A DNA stretch of 63,823 bases, the filler included, from Lenisia limosa (lineage: Eukaryota > Protista > Breviatea), in assembly GCA_001655205.1 (NCBI GenBank). It is 12 parts of 12 records of this genome, joined end to end, with 100 filler letters (N's around TTAATTAATTAA, not from the genome) between each part and the next. Parts side by side here need not be neighbours in the genome. Positions count along the whole stretch, not along the records: positions 11,370 to 16,357 come from LPNZ01009706.1; positions 16,458 to 18,107 come from LPNZ01000933.1; positions 18,208 to 26,689 come from LPNZ01009574.1; 9 more parts are not named here. One strand, written 5' to 3'. Of the stretch, positions 12,320 to 25,179 are shown in pieces (within the stretch, counting starts at the first letter, position 1; each line of letters begins with the position of its first letter). Under the pieces are notes generated by a model that worked only from the letters and a program-made list of their open reading frames with translations, ran no database searches and was not told where the DNA came from. The translations under genes were made by a program, and so were the position numbers.

Positions 12320-14678
12320 TTATATTGTCTTTTGTGACTTTCGAATGACGGGTTCGTCCAGCTGATGATATCTCATCCACCCAATCATAATCATTTGAGT
12401 GCACTTCCATTCAGCAACCTACCATCATAGCTTTGTCACTCTTCTTGACTGCCTTCATTGTTTTGGACCTCGCGCGAAGTTCCTTCTTCTCCATCTTCTT
12501 GGCGTACTTTTCGAGGTCTACCAAGGTGAAAAAAGAAACTAATTTAACCAATCATATACCTCACAACTCCATACGTAGCAAAATATGGTTTTTTAAGAGA
12601 GAAATTCAAAAATTGTCCCCCTCTCCTACCCTTGGCATAATCTCCAGCAAGGTACTTGATCAGCTTGCTGCCGCCTTTTGTTGCTGGCTTCGCGAGGAAG
12701 GATGGGAACGTATTACCGTTCGCCGTAAACTAAGCGGTTAAGAAAATGGGACCTTTTAATTTGATAATCCCATGGGTCGGGTGAAATACCAGATATAAAA
12801 AGTCTTAAAGTGCTATCAGAGAGAAGAAAGAAGATGCATGAACCAAATGGAGTCATGTAGTATGAAAAATATAAATACCAGAGCCCAACATTTTTAAGGT
12901 TTGCAGCTTCACCAAGTTCAGTAGGAAGGGCAGTCAAAAGGTTGTTGTCAAGGGTCAGAGTCTAGAGGGTGAATACCAAGATTGAACGAAATGCTCAACA
13001 ATAATAATAAAAAAAAAGTTGAACAAATGGTCCACAAAACAAAAAAAAAACTGCGCGAACCTCAATTGTCTTGTAGGAACCCAGAGGAATTTCTTCGATT
13101 CTGTTGTCGTGGAGGAGAAGGGATGTGAGATTGGGGGCCTCACCCATTGAGGATGGTGGCACGTCCATAGCATTGGTGCTTAGATCTACAAAGATAAAGG
13201 CCTTATTTTGAAACGAAACCCCACTCCCCTCCCATAATAAAGATTCAGTCGGATAGGGACACAGTGAATTGACAAAACGCTTACCGAGCTTCCTCAGGTT
13301 GGCCATGCGATGCATCTCAAGCTTCTCAGTGTCCTTGATACGATTGTTGTTCGCTTCCAGAATCTAGGATTGTGATGGCAGGTATGATGTGTAACACACC
13401 TGACACATATTACTATTACAAAGTTTCTAGTAGGCTTTGTCCAATTGAACCAATTTAACAATATATCTCTCTCTTCGCAACTTCAAAAATTTTACGCTAA
13501 TATTATTCACTCCCAGCAACCTGCAATTCAGGGAGTTCTGCGAGGGACACAGGAAGCTCAGAAAGGTTACAGCGGTTCACAATGAGCCCCTTCAGTGACT
13601 TCAACTTGGAAATTTCACTATAAAGGTCAGATAAATGTAGTAAAAGGGTAAGTTACACGTATAAGGAGGAAAAGAAAAGAAATGGATTGATAAACAAAGG
13701 CCAAGCTAGCAAAATTCAACACTATTACGAATTATGAGCAACATAACATGAAAAATAACGTCTCAAGGTCCACGAATTTCAACATTTCAGGGTGAAAATG
13801 AAAGCAGGCATACGGGGGAATAGAAGTGACGCCAGCACCGCTTAGAGTGATAGCCTCCAAATTGGGGTAAACCAAGAGGCAATTGGGGAACGAAGTCATC
13901 TGAACAATTATATCGATCTTAATACTGTCGAATGTATGATGCTTTATATTCTGAGAGCAGACGGTGATTTTTATTTTTATTTTTGATGAACGTTCTCCTT
14001 AAATATGAGAAATTTCTGAAAACGCCAATAAAAAAAGACCCATGGACGAACCTTTGTTGAGCTCAGGTCGACTTGCTTGATAGATGGAAACGAGTTTTCA
14101 GGGGGGTTGAGACTGACCAAGGGGTTGTTGGAGAACTTGAGTACCTGGAGGCTTGGCAGGTTGAAAACAGCGTCTAAAAAGTGACACTTTTACTTCTCGA
14201 GAATTGCCAACAGATATAATTAGAGGATGAACAACTTTTGCACAAAGTACGTGTCAACTTTCTTGCTAACATCATGTCAATAGAGCCCAGACCCACCAGG
14301 GATTGAGGTGAAGGAATTGTTGGAAAGGTTTAGCTCAGTGAGGTTGGTCAGATTTGCAAAAGAATCCGGTAAGGCAGCTGTATGTGTCATTTTAATATGA
14401 ATTTCATACATAATGAGTTGTCGGAAAGGTCAAGGGCGCGGAGAGAGGTAGCAATGGGGGAAAAATCATCATAAACCTTGATAATCTGAAGATAATGAGA
14501 ATAAATTGGGGATTCTTACTCCGTTTGATGCTAGGTTAATTTCCGAGAACCCAGAAAGTTCGGCAATAACTTCATTGTAGACTTCTCTTGGAAACTGCTT
14601 GAAGTTTGTCAGGTTACAAGGCTTCCCCTTCTTCTTGCAAGCTGCTACTTCCTTTTTTATTGCCTTTGGAACCTCCAT
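12320..14678 (-). CDS. Leucine-rich repeat protein (about 11 exons, apparently complete)
   Basis: LxxLxLxxN repeats: LPDSFANLTNLTELNLSNNSF, FNLPSLQVLKFSNNPL, EISKLKSLKGLIVNRCNLSELP, PNLTSLLLHDNRIEEIP and TLTLDNNLLTALPTELG. Basic C-terminal tail ends ...IRKSQKTI*. Confidence 0.88.
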
Positions 14679-14952
14679 TGTTGCAAGAAGAAAGAAAACT
14701 TGAGGACAATAACAAAATTAAGTATTTGATTTTTAAATCTCTATCACTTCACCTCTTATTTACAAGTAAAAACGGAAACAAAATTGTAAAAATTGCATAA
14801 ATTCATTGTGTGATGTTGCGTTACCCCAATTTAGATAAATATTTAAACGAATTTTAACTTCTCACCTCCTCTTTTCAGAATAGCATAATAGCATTGTATT
14901 CTAAAACATATTTGAGAAGGGGATTGACAAATGTACTGATTTTGAAAGAAAA

Positions 14953-16156
14953 ATGAACATTGTTCTCAACCTCTTGGTGGCTATCTGTCTTTTGGCAGTA
15001 TATGGTTGTGATGGAAGTCAGCCTTACACTGCTGCAGTCGTTGAAATGCGACCAGTCTTTTACGAACGTATGATAGCGGCAAAATTATTCTTTATTCTCT
15101 AGGTATTGTCGATTCAGTTGCTGCACTTGAAGTAATGCTCACAAACGTTGTCCAAATTAAGAAAATCACTGAAATTGCAGCGGATAAAGGAGCGGATATC
15201 GTTGTTTATCCCGAGTACGGTTTGCTGGCGAGCCCGTACACTTCTATTTATGAATTTATATCTGTAAATATCCCTATTTAAACGAAAAAACCTGCTTCCG
15301 CTTCCTGAGATTCGTATTCACAACTGATCATATCACTTTCCTTTCCGCCATCACCTGAGTCCGCTTTTGCAAGGGCGGATAATCTTGAAGGGTGTTTTTT
15401 TTTTTGCAACAATTATTACACTTTGTGTGAATAATTTTTTCTTGATTTGACTTTCCCAATCTACCTAATACAATGAAATCATCTGATTGCTGATCAGTCT
15501 TTATCTTTATGTTAGCTTCCTAACTCTGCTTCAGGACTCTTCGGTGCATCCTTTTTGTCCCGAGAATGGATTGAGCCGTATGGCATCGATATTCCGGAGG
15601 TTGATGAATCTGTAAGCCAGACTGGGTGCTACTAGCCACGTCACTGTTGTTTATTTTTTCTGACCAGAGTACATAGCAAATATATGAATGCTTATGGACT
15701 CAATTTGGTCACTAAATAAAGGGATTCCCCCCCCCTTTTTATTATTTATATCCCTTAGCTTCCCCTAATGCAACGCACATCAAATGAGGTTCTCCAGAAG
15801 CTTTCTTTTATTGCCAAGGAAAACAGTAGGCACATCTTTGCTTCCCCACCCTATGTTCAATATGATATCTTTTTATTTGAAGAAGAATTTTTATTCTGAA
15901 CAGTAAAACCTACATACATACACCTGATTTTCACTTTGTCAGCTACTTCCATTAATAAGGCAAAATGCTCATATTTTGCAATTCGTATGATTTATATAAT
16001 GGCAAGAATAGCGCACAATTTTTGGTTATCCCCTATTTTCAACTTTTTAACGAAGCACTTATGATATTAGAAATGTACATGGCCGTCAATCTTGCTGATA
16101 AGAAGAAATGTGAAGGATTTGACTGTCCTTACAGATATTACTACTACAATACTGAG
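14953..16156 (+). CDS. Vanin/biotinidase-like secreted nitrilase-superfamily amidase (5' part)
   Basis: Signal peptide MNIVLNLLVAICLLAVYG, then YTAAVVE, GADIVVYPEYG (catalytic Glu), VLQKLSFIAKEN and YMAVNLADKKKC...YYYNTEV, all matching the vanin/BTD pattern. Truncated by the scaffold end. Confidence 0.85.
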
Positions 16157-16457
16157 GTAGGTTGTCTTTTGAGATATTCCAACTTTACTGCACTTAATAA
16201 TATTGAATAGATTATCAATATGATGTATAAGAGCTTTTTTCTGATATCAATATATTATATGATATAGGATATCATATTATATAACGATGTATATATCATA
16301 TAGGTCACTTAACACAACCGCGAACACTCACATAACCGCGAACGCTTTTTTAAATATNNNNNNNNNNNNNNNNNNNNNNNNNNNNNNNNNNNNNNNNNNN
16401 NTTAATTAATTAANNNNNNNNNNNNNNNNNNNNNNNNNNNNNNNNNNNNNNNNNNNN

Positions 16458-16538
16458 CCCAAGATTATCCTCTTCTAAAAGTGTCTGCTCCTCATCCCTC
16501 TGTAGCAGCTCAGCCTCGAGATCCTCGACTCGTCCCAT
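16458..16538 (-). CDS. Coiled-coil exon fragment
   Basis: MGRVEDLEAELLQRDEEQTLLEEDNLG runs into the linker. A further possible minus exon (PKACLRQPQLKVSVILPLAASIANMLPPDLL) lies at ~17845-17975. Confidence 0.35.
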
Positions 16539-16593
16539 TATTCACTGTTCTCTAAATAATTAGGAAAAAAGAGTGTGCAACAAAGTTCCAACT

Positions 16594-16710
16594 TGGGCTT
16601 CACTTCGGTCCGAACAAGACCGGGAATATATCGATAGTTTTCGAGGACCAAAAAATCAAACATTCAGGATTTTGATTAATTCTCGATATTCTACAAATTC
16701 TCGATAAGTA
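16594..16710. mobile_element. MITE family C, partial
   Basis: TTGGGCTTCACTTCGGTCCGAA...ATCGATAGTTTTCGAGG; right TIR not evident. Confidence 0.6.
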
Positions 16711-18207
16711 GTTTGACGGTGGTAGTGGTTGGCCTGTTTGGAAAAGAAATGAAGGAGATATTGATAGCAATATATTATACTCAATCATTTCCAATACTGC
16801 TTTAAAGTGCTAGCCAATAAGAGGTCAAAGAGTTTGTTGTTGTTGCTTTCAGCCAACATCTATTCCTCAAATAAAGGTTGAAAGGAAGCTTATCAACATA
16901 AAGGCTGAACAAAGCAAGCTTACCAAGGACAAATAACTCATCCATTCAAGTAGAAGAAGTACATTATTATTCTGCAAGATTTATACATAAGGTATACGAT
17001 TATTTGTGTTTGATGGTCCAACTTGGGCATAGGATGATCAAGAAAAGAGGGGGCAAGGCAACCCGAAAATAGACGGGGAGGTCTAGATCGAGGAAACCAA
17101 AACCATATTCACTCCAAACATGAATAAATCAAATTATAAGAGGGGAGGGACAGCTCAGAAGAGTCCTTGTTTCACAGTCTACAAACCTATGAAGAGCTCT
17201 TCCTTTATCTTTTGCTTGTTAAACGTCCAAACGTGGGAAATGAACGCAAGAGTCGTGGCGTAAAAGTGTCTGCTTTCCTTCCTTTCGTGATCAACACTTA
17301 CTTACAACTTTACTACTGGAGGAGTTTGTAAACTGTTTGTTGAGTTTGAGAATTTGAGAACTTTTTTTCAGGCAAAATTATTTTAATTTATTGCTACGTT
17401 ACTTCAATTTATTTACGAAATTTTGAAGTGAGCGATTAAATTGTCACCTTTTTTTGGGATTTGAATTTTGTTTCCCAAATGAGACTAATTCCCTGTGTCT
17501 TAATCTTAAATCTCAATAGTTTAATTATTATAATGCTCCGATTATTACATACTCGTCAGAATCATAATGTCAGTCATAATATTCTCTCACTATTCACATC
17601 AACTTGATATATAATAAAATATAATACAACCCAACAACCCGCATAAACTCCATTTACCCAATCAGGAGACGTATCGCCAAATTTCTAATTGTAAGATCAT
17701 TCGGATTCCTGAAATGAATTCAATTTTTACAAGGTGACCACTCAAATTGGAGAGATAGCGGTTAATGACTCAATGGCGTGCTAAAATTTAAGCCAGGATT
17801 ACCCCCCCTCAATTAAGTTATGAAGACGAGCGTTTATAGACCTCAGGATTAGACACATGCGACTCAATGAGTGACAAAAGGTCCGGAGGCAGCATGTTGG
17901 CAATGGAGGCAGCAAGCGGGAGGATGACGGAAACTTTCAACTGGGGCTGTCGCAGGCATGCCTTGGGACTGTGGGGTTGAGTAAAACGAAGGGAAATTCC
18001 TATGTTAATATTTGCATTTAATCAAGAACCGAATAATCTGAAACTCCACTGTGGTAAGGCCTGTAATTGAAAATATTGTTTTCTATGAAACAAAATAAGC
18101 TCACTGTNNNNNNNNNNNNNNNNNNNNNNNNNNNNNNNNNNNNNNNNNNNNTTAATTAATTAANNNNNNNNNNNNNNNNNNNNNNNNNNNNNNNNNNNNN
18201 NNNNNNN

Positions 18208-19114
18208 GCATCGAAGACGAAGATCAAAACCTCAGCGTCCGAGAAAATGTGGTCCCTCTGCGACGACAAGTAGTTTTCCATGAAGGCTTCTTGTCTGCGA
18301 GGGGTGACACAAAGGATTTTTTCTGTGAGGGGTGGTGCTTTACGGTGTTCATTTGATATATAGAAATAGGAATTAAATAGCTTTTAACCAGCCAGGCGTC
18401 CAGACCTATTGTGCATTTTATACATATGATACATCCCACATATATTTAATATATAATAATACAATATATAAATGGTATGATATAATTAACCAATCATTAG
18501 CCATGTTATCCCCTCCAACCCTCCGCAATCCCAAAGATTGAGAAAGATGTTCCCAAGGAATCGGATGTGCGTGTGTTCAACGTTAATTGTTGCGCCAAGA
18601 CGCCCAGTATCGCGCGCTGTGCGTGAAGGGGGTTTGCGAGGCAAGATAAAAAATAAAAACAAGTTATCAACGAATCAAAGACATGTGTGGATGAGATGTA
18701 ATCCTTGGGGAACTGGATAGAAAAAGAGTGAGTTCGGGCTCTATAATCATAACAAGTACAGCTCAACACATGGAAAATAATAAGAATCTTCATGATGACA
18801 TTCTTATTCAATGAGGTGAGTAAAATGAGACGTAATGATACAGGGCTAAATGAGAATAATCATAACGATAAGTAGGGGGTCGGCTGAAAATATATTGCTG
18901 GAAGGGAGGTATCCATCCCTCTCGAATCCCCTATAAAACGTCTTTATTTTAGATAATACTCTTATCTACACTGGGAAACACCGAGAAGGGCATACCAACG
19001 TAATTCGCAAAAATGATAGACCGCATAGAGGTTTTTCCGGACCCGGATTTGCCCATAAGCAAAACCTAAACGTTAAATAAACCTTTAACATTAAAGAAAT
19101 ACCTTCTTCTTCAT
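18208..19114 (-). CDS. RRAGA: Rag GTPase A/B (Gtr1), 5' part
   Basis: MKKK|[23 protein letters not shown]|[33 protein letters not shown]|[28 protein letters not shown], near-identical to RagA/Gtr1. Confidence 0.96.
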
Positions 19115-19417
19115 TATGAATCCTTACAGAGTTGAGTCTTCTTGTATTTTTCTACCGTAATAACAAAAACAAAGTAAAAAATATAACTACTGAGAGCTCA
19201 GTTAATGAAAGGAACAGAGCAAAGTACACAAAACAATAAATACACAAAGATCCTGGGGAATCATTTCTCCTTAGCAATAATATATAAACTGAAATAAATG
19301 GCCTCCTCTCTCCCTATTCTGCTCGGAAAAGGACTATTATACCATTATTTAATCAAGAAAAGGACCAAATGAGAAAATTGGACTGTTGACAAACAATTTA
19401 ATAACCGTTGATCTATC

Positions 19418-22400
19418 ATGTCGAAGCAACCAGCCACATGGCAGTCTACTCTCTCCTCCATTCTTGATGTAAGCATCTTCACATCTTTATGTGTTTTTCT
19501 ACTCGTTCTTTGAATCGGGTGTGTTTCCCTTGCTTTCCCAATCAATGGTCATCATGTTGCCTATTTTGACAACGTATTGATGCCCTGCAGCTGCAGTTTA
19601 TAATGTTTGATTCTAATCTTGAAGTATTATGCACATTCGATGGAGTATTTCCTCCCTTTTTTCCCCGGTTTAAAATGACTAGTTTTAGCGTTGGTTGCGT
19701 GTTTGTTGTTGCTTGTTTTGTTTTGTTTGTTTGGAGTTTCAGTTTATTCGTACCTTCACGCCAATATTCTTCATCAAAATTTCCTTCATTTCACCCCCCC
19801 CCCNNNNNNNNNNNNNNNNNNNNNNNNNNNNNNNNNNNNNNNNNNNNNNNNNNNNNNNNNNTCCCATGACTTTGTGACTTTGTAGCGAACACAGCAAACT
19901 CTGAATGATCGCGAGTCCTTTGTGCGTTATTCCAAACTGGCAGACGCAAGACGAGATGGTGAGATAGACAAAGGATGCAGAAAGTTGTGTGAACAGAATG
20001 GGGAGGCAAAGGGATTTGATATTTTAAACTTACTAACAAAAGTGGTTTTGGCTGGATGTTTACGTATAACTTTGTTGAGGGCCAGAATATTATAAATAAT
20101 ATCTAGGGAAACAAATAAATACATGAGATACCTTAAAACACAATATCGTAGACGCGTGTTATGCATGTTCCACTGTTTCTTGTCCTTATTAATCCAACGC
20201 CGGCATGTTGTGGCCATTAATCCCACCACAGCATATGTCATGGATACTACGGTACGTCAGCGCGAAAATGAGCAATTTAGCCGTTCCATGGTCAACCCTG
20301 ATAGCTCAAGAGTGGGGCTGTGCTTTTTTATCACACTGTTCACTTTTCATGCTGTAACCACTACATTATTATGTCATAAAAAACATGTTCAATCTCTTAC
20401 ATTGTGTCATATGCAAGACCACCAGCTGATAGAGTTTTTTGTTTCATCATTGGTAATATCATTCGACTTTTTTTGACTGACAGAAGCCTTAATAACAGCT
20501 CATACGAGGTTATTGCTCAACTTGACTTGTTATTTGGCCTTTTACTTTTCTCATTTCAACATTCTGTGCTTTCTTTGGACATCAAAGTAAATGCAGTTAT
20601 AAATTATCTATCTCTGATAAGCGTGGTGGATGGTGTGGACGGCTTCGGNNNNNNNNNNNNNNNNNNNNNNNNNNNNNNNNNNNNNNNNNNNNNNNNNNNN
20701 NNNNNNNNNNNNNNNNNNNNNNNNNNNNNNNNNNNAATAATTGACATATTAATTTTCCGGACCAAATTAAAGCCTTCACCTGAGCCACATAACAGCTTAG
20801 GTTGAAGGCCTCAAAAAGGACGTAGAGAATCTCTCAACAGACGTGCATAATATGGCTGAGTTCCTATCAACAACAATGCCTGTGCCTGCCCCTATCCACC
20901 ACCAGTCCTTCAACCCCCACCAAGGTTTCAATCCCGCTGCAACACAGTACAGGTATTGGGGATTTCCCCCAAGTCAACGGACATTTCTTATGATTCTGTG
21001 CAATTAATTGGGGAATTTTATGTAACAGATATGAGAACTCCACTTTAATTTCCAATTTCACCAAATCATTTTTGTTTCATTTGCCAATATTCTTTTTTCT
21101 TGTATCCTTCGCTTTATGTCAAAACCTTTTACTCACCCAGTGAACACCCCGAGNNNNNNNNNNNNNNNNNNNNNNNNNNNNNNNNNNNNNNNNNNNNNNN
21201 NNNNNNNNNNNNNNNNNNNNNNNNNNNNNNNNNNNNNNNNNNNNNNNNNNNNNNNNNNNNNNNNNNNNNNNNNNNNNNNNNNNNNNNNNNNNNNNNNNNN
21301 NNNNNNNNNNNNNNNNNNNNNNNNNATGATGTTGGTTACCCACTCCTCACCCCTCCCCTCATTATTTTTCCTCCATGCTCAAGAACCAGACTAACTAAAT
21401 ACATCTTGCATATATTATAATATCTGCTGGAGAGGCCACAGAAACCTGTGTGTACATAGATAAGGCAAATGATTGGGTGAAATAATATTATACTAAAATC
21501 CAACATCTCTTATAGCATGGTGTGGACGGCTTCAGTCAGATACAAGCTTGTTTTATTTTGCTACACAGTATATAATATTTTTATTGTAGTATATACTCAA
21601 TATAGACATATACTAAATAAGTTATATATGACATGTATAGTTAGGCCCAGTAATAACATCTTCAAGGTCGCGTATAGCGGATGCTTCCCCTGGTACAACA
21701 TTTCTGTCAAGAACAGCCCTTGGACAGAACACCCCACGTTACCAGCCTGATGGTTAGTGGAGACCCCAGAATTATTTTAATCTATTGAAATATTCAACAA
21801 TGGGAGGACAAATCATCATATTTTAAAGGATCTGAATGCTCTCCGAATCCTATGCAATTCTGTGCTCTCAGCTTCTTATCATCGAATCCTATGCAACTCT
21901 GTGCTCTCAGCTTCTTATCTGCAGCTCGTGGGGGCTCCAATCGAGACCAACCCTCTTTCGTCAATACCACCCCCAGAGAAGCCTTTAATACGGCGACAAC
22001 TCTCCCGCCAGAGGTGCGTTTGGTTCGATATTGAAAAATACTAAAATACGGCGTAATACATACATGTATATATCGGGGTGGTGGGGGGATATAAAAACTG
22101 CAAACGATCAATAATTAGACCAAATTGGGAGTCCATCGTCAAAATGTTGTTTGTTGTTTTTTACTCCTATTACGCCCCCCCCCCCTCCGCCGCCGCCCCG
22201 CCCTATGAATTTCCCATTTTACTCCTCTCCGNNNNNNNNNNNNNNNNNNNNNNNNNNNNNNNNNNNNNNNNNNNNNNNNNNNNNNNNNTTTGAGGAGCGT
22301 TTAGTGGCCTCAGCAGCCTCGGCAGGCCGGACCGCAGCCATATCCGCTGTGGACGAGACCGTTTCGGCCCAAACCCGGGCGTCAAACCGGGCGCTCCAGG

Positions 22401-25165
22401 GGGCCGTGGATCGTGTACGGTATTAGGGCTATTACTTCGGTTCGTGATTAGTATCTTTGCGCAAATATTCTTCAAAATACTCTTCGTTTTAGTTCCCCTC
22501 ACCCAACCTGCAGAAGCGACTGGCCTGGGCTTTTTTTGTTTTGTTTTCAAACCTCGTGTGTTGTCAACCAACAGAGAGTTGATTTTTAGTTTCACGAAAT
22601 ATCCCCCCTGACATTCCACCTTGGGCCTTACTTCGGTTCGAAAAAAGACTGAATTTCTCTATATAAATCCTCGAAAACTATCGATATTTTCCCGAACCGA
22701 AGTGAAGCCCAAATTCCACCCCGTAACATTCCTCAGACAAGAGGTGCAGGAACAGGCGTCAGCTGCAGTGGCTGCGGCATTCCAGGACTACGAAGCCAAT
22801 AACAAGCCCTTTGCTCAGACCCAGAACACGGACACTGCTAACGAACTCGGTGAGAGGGGTGGAAGGTGTAGCACTCATAGATATTGGGCTTCCCTACAGT
22901 CCAAAAAGACCGGTAAAATATCGATATTTATCGAGGATATATCGAGATATTCAATCTTTTTTGGGACCGTAGGGAAGCCCTAGATATTACATAATATGTT
23001 ATATAGTACATAATATACATATACATGTATATCAAATGTAAATCATTAGATGTTATTGATGCAAATAATGTCATGAGAATCCTGTTAATGATCTAGCACG
23101 ACGGGAGGCCCGGACAGAGGTTGAGCGTCTCCACGCCAAAACAGTGCGCTCAGCTGAGAATACTGCACGTCAATCTGCAACCGTGGGGGGCATGTCTGAT
23201 TATGTACACCCAACTTGGCCCATATAACCTATAGTGGCCGTAATCAGTGATGGGATGCGGTGCTGCAAAAGCAAATGATCGGGGCTCTCTTTGTTTTGTT
23301 GTTTTCAAACCTAGTATACATACTATATTATGGCTCATATTACCTGGATATCATATAATATACAAACCTAGCAATATGATAATTATGTCTAACCTAGCTA
23401 TATATGATATGTATGTACTATTTATAACTGCGGGTTTAGGAGTCCGCAGAAGCTACGTTAGAGATGTGGCGAACCTCTGCCCTTGCCGAGGTTAAGGCTT
23501 GTATTGCAAGGTGGGGGGGGGGGGGNNNNNNNNNNNNNNNNNNNNNNNNNNNNNNNNNNNNNNNNNNNNNNNNNNNNNNNNNNNNNNNNNNNNNNNNNNN
23601 NNNNNNNNNNNNNNNNNNNNNNNNNNNNNNNNNNNNNGGAACCTCAAGTGAAACCGTAGTTGTAAGATGGGTTTAGCTAGTGTTGCAAGGTAGCAGGTTT
23701 GTAACTTTGACATTGTGCGTTATCTCTGGGTTCCAAATGAAAAACAGTTTTTCATTTTTGTGTTTTTAGTCATCTGGTTTTTGTCTAGTTTTTAGCGTTG
23801 GTTGCTCCTGTTTTTTGTTTGCTTATTTGGAGTTTCAGATTTTTCGTTTCGTGACTAGTACCTTTACCCCTCCCCTCCCCCAGAGCTGACGAGGTCGTTT
23901 CAGGGCTGAGAGCCGAGTCAGTCCTTTGGATACAAGATGCCAAGGACGCTGGAAGAGAGGCGGGATGGTGAGGAGGCTGACCTTTTGGATTTTGAGGCTG
24001 CCCCCCCNNNNNNNNNNNNNNNNNNNNNNNNNNNNNNNNNNNNNNNNNNNNNNNNNNNNNNNNNNNNNNNNNNNNNNNNNNNNNNNNNNNNNNNNNNNNC
24101 TGGGCTTTATTTGTTTTGTTGTTTGCAACCCTCGAGTTTTGAGCCAACAGAGTTGATTTGGGTTTTTTTTTATTTCATAAATTTTCCAATTTTACTCCCC
24201 CCGTGCAGCCAGGGAGCGCGTACGCAAGCTGTGGAGGAAATTGAGCGCTGGCGCAATGAATTTGACGCGGCTTTAGAACGCGCTAAAACGTCGGGATGGG
24301 ATTAAGCACGACGCGGGTGTATATTGTGTTTTGTTAGCATTGGAGGGAGAGATGGGGGACTGCATTGGAGGGAGAGATGGGGGACTGCATTGGAGGGATG
24401 NNNNNNNNNNNNNNNNNNNNNNNNNNNNNNNNNNNNNNNNNNNNNNNNNNNNNNNNNNNNNNNNNNNNNNNNNNNNNNNNNNNNNNNNNNNNNNNNNNNN
24501 NNNNNNNNNNNNNNNNNNNNNNNNNNNNNNNNNNNNNNNNNNNNNNNNNNNNNNNNNNNNNNNNNNNNNNNNNNNNNNNNNNNNNNNNNNNNNNNNNNNN
24601 NNNAGTTGCTACAGTTAGTATCTTTATAATTGTGTTCAACCAATGTCATAGAACTAATGTTTGATGGTGGTGATGGGTGGGCATATAGATGGTGGTGATG
24701 GGTGGGCATATAGATGGTGGTGATGGGTGGGTATATAGAGAAGTATGGGTCCTTGCCGCCGTTCCCTCTCAAAAATTCGTTCTTATAATTTACTCTGACT
24801 TGCTGTCCTCTCATCGTCCTTAGGGCTGGCATAGCGGCGGCAGCAGAGGGGTTGCAAACGGTGGAGGCCAAAGTGCAACAGGCAGTTTCCAGGAAAATGG
24901 TGGACATCACTGCAACCGCTGATCGGTGGGAGGGGGGCGGGGACGAAGGAAATTCTGATGAAGAATATTGGCGTTAAGGTACTACTCACAAACCTAATAA
25001 TTTGAAACTCAAAACACAAAAAAACAAGTAATAACAAACATGAGCAACCAACGCTAAAGCTAGACAAAAGCCAGATGACAAAAACACAAACAAAAACAAG
25101 CCCGAGCCATCCTTTGAAGAGTCCCCACACCGCTTGATCAACCAAACGTACCTGTATTGTGTTAA
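19418..25165 (+). CDS. Long multi-exon Ala/Glu-rich coiled-coil gene (possibly two genes), unknown product
   Basis: Exons include VEGLKKDVENLSTDVHNMAEFL, FEERLVASAASAGRTAAISAVDE, QEVQEQASAAVAAAFQDYE, QGARTQAVEEIERWRNEFDAALERAK and AGIAAAAEGLQTVEAKVQQAVSRKMVDITATADR|VPTPLDQPNVPVLC*. Confidence 0.55.
22621..22712. mobile_element. hAT-type MITE family C
   Basis: TTGGGCCTTACTTCGGTTCG...CGAACCGAAGTGAAGCCCAA with a perfect 8-bp TSD ATTCCACC. Confidence 0.9.
22884..22982. mobile_element. MITE family C, subfamily C2
   Basis: GGGCTTCCCTACAGTCC...GGACCGTAGGGAAGCCC; TAGATATT is repeated on both sides. Confidence 0.85.
24337..24737. repeat. Two G-rich 25-bp tandem arrays
   Basis: GCATTGGAGGGAGAGATGGGGGACT x2.5 (24337-24400, runs into a gap) and GATGGTGGTGATGGGTGGGCATATA x3 (24663-24737). 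Confidence 0.9.
24926..25119 (-). repeat. Intronic dispersed repeat family B (most complete copy)
   Basis: GTCATCTGG..TTGTCTAG..TTAGCGTTGGTTGC..TTTGGAGTTTCA..CGCCAATATTCTTCATC..AATTTCCTTC..(C)n. Other copies: 3062-3175+, 19678-19803+, 23755-23883+, 58574-58602+. Confidence 0.82.
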
Positions 25166-25179
25166 AAAGCAAGAGAAAT

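Noticed and set aside
24952-24990. Hammerhead ribozyme core (CTGATGA) in family B or near the PLE
   Set aside because: No stem II followed by GAAA and no closing stems could be formed by eye.
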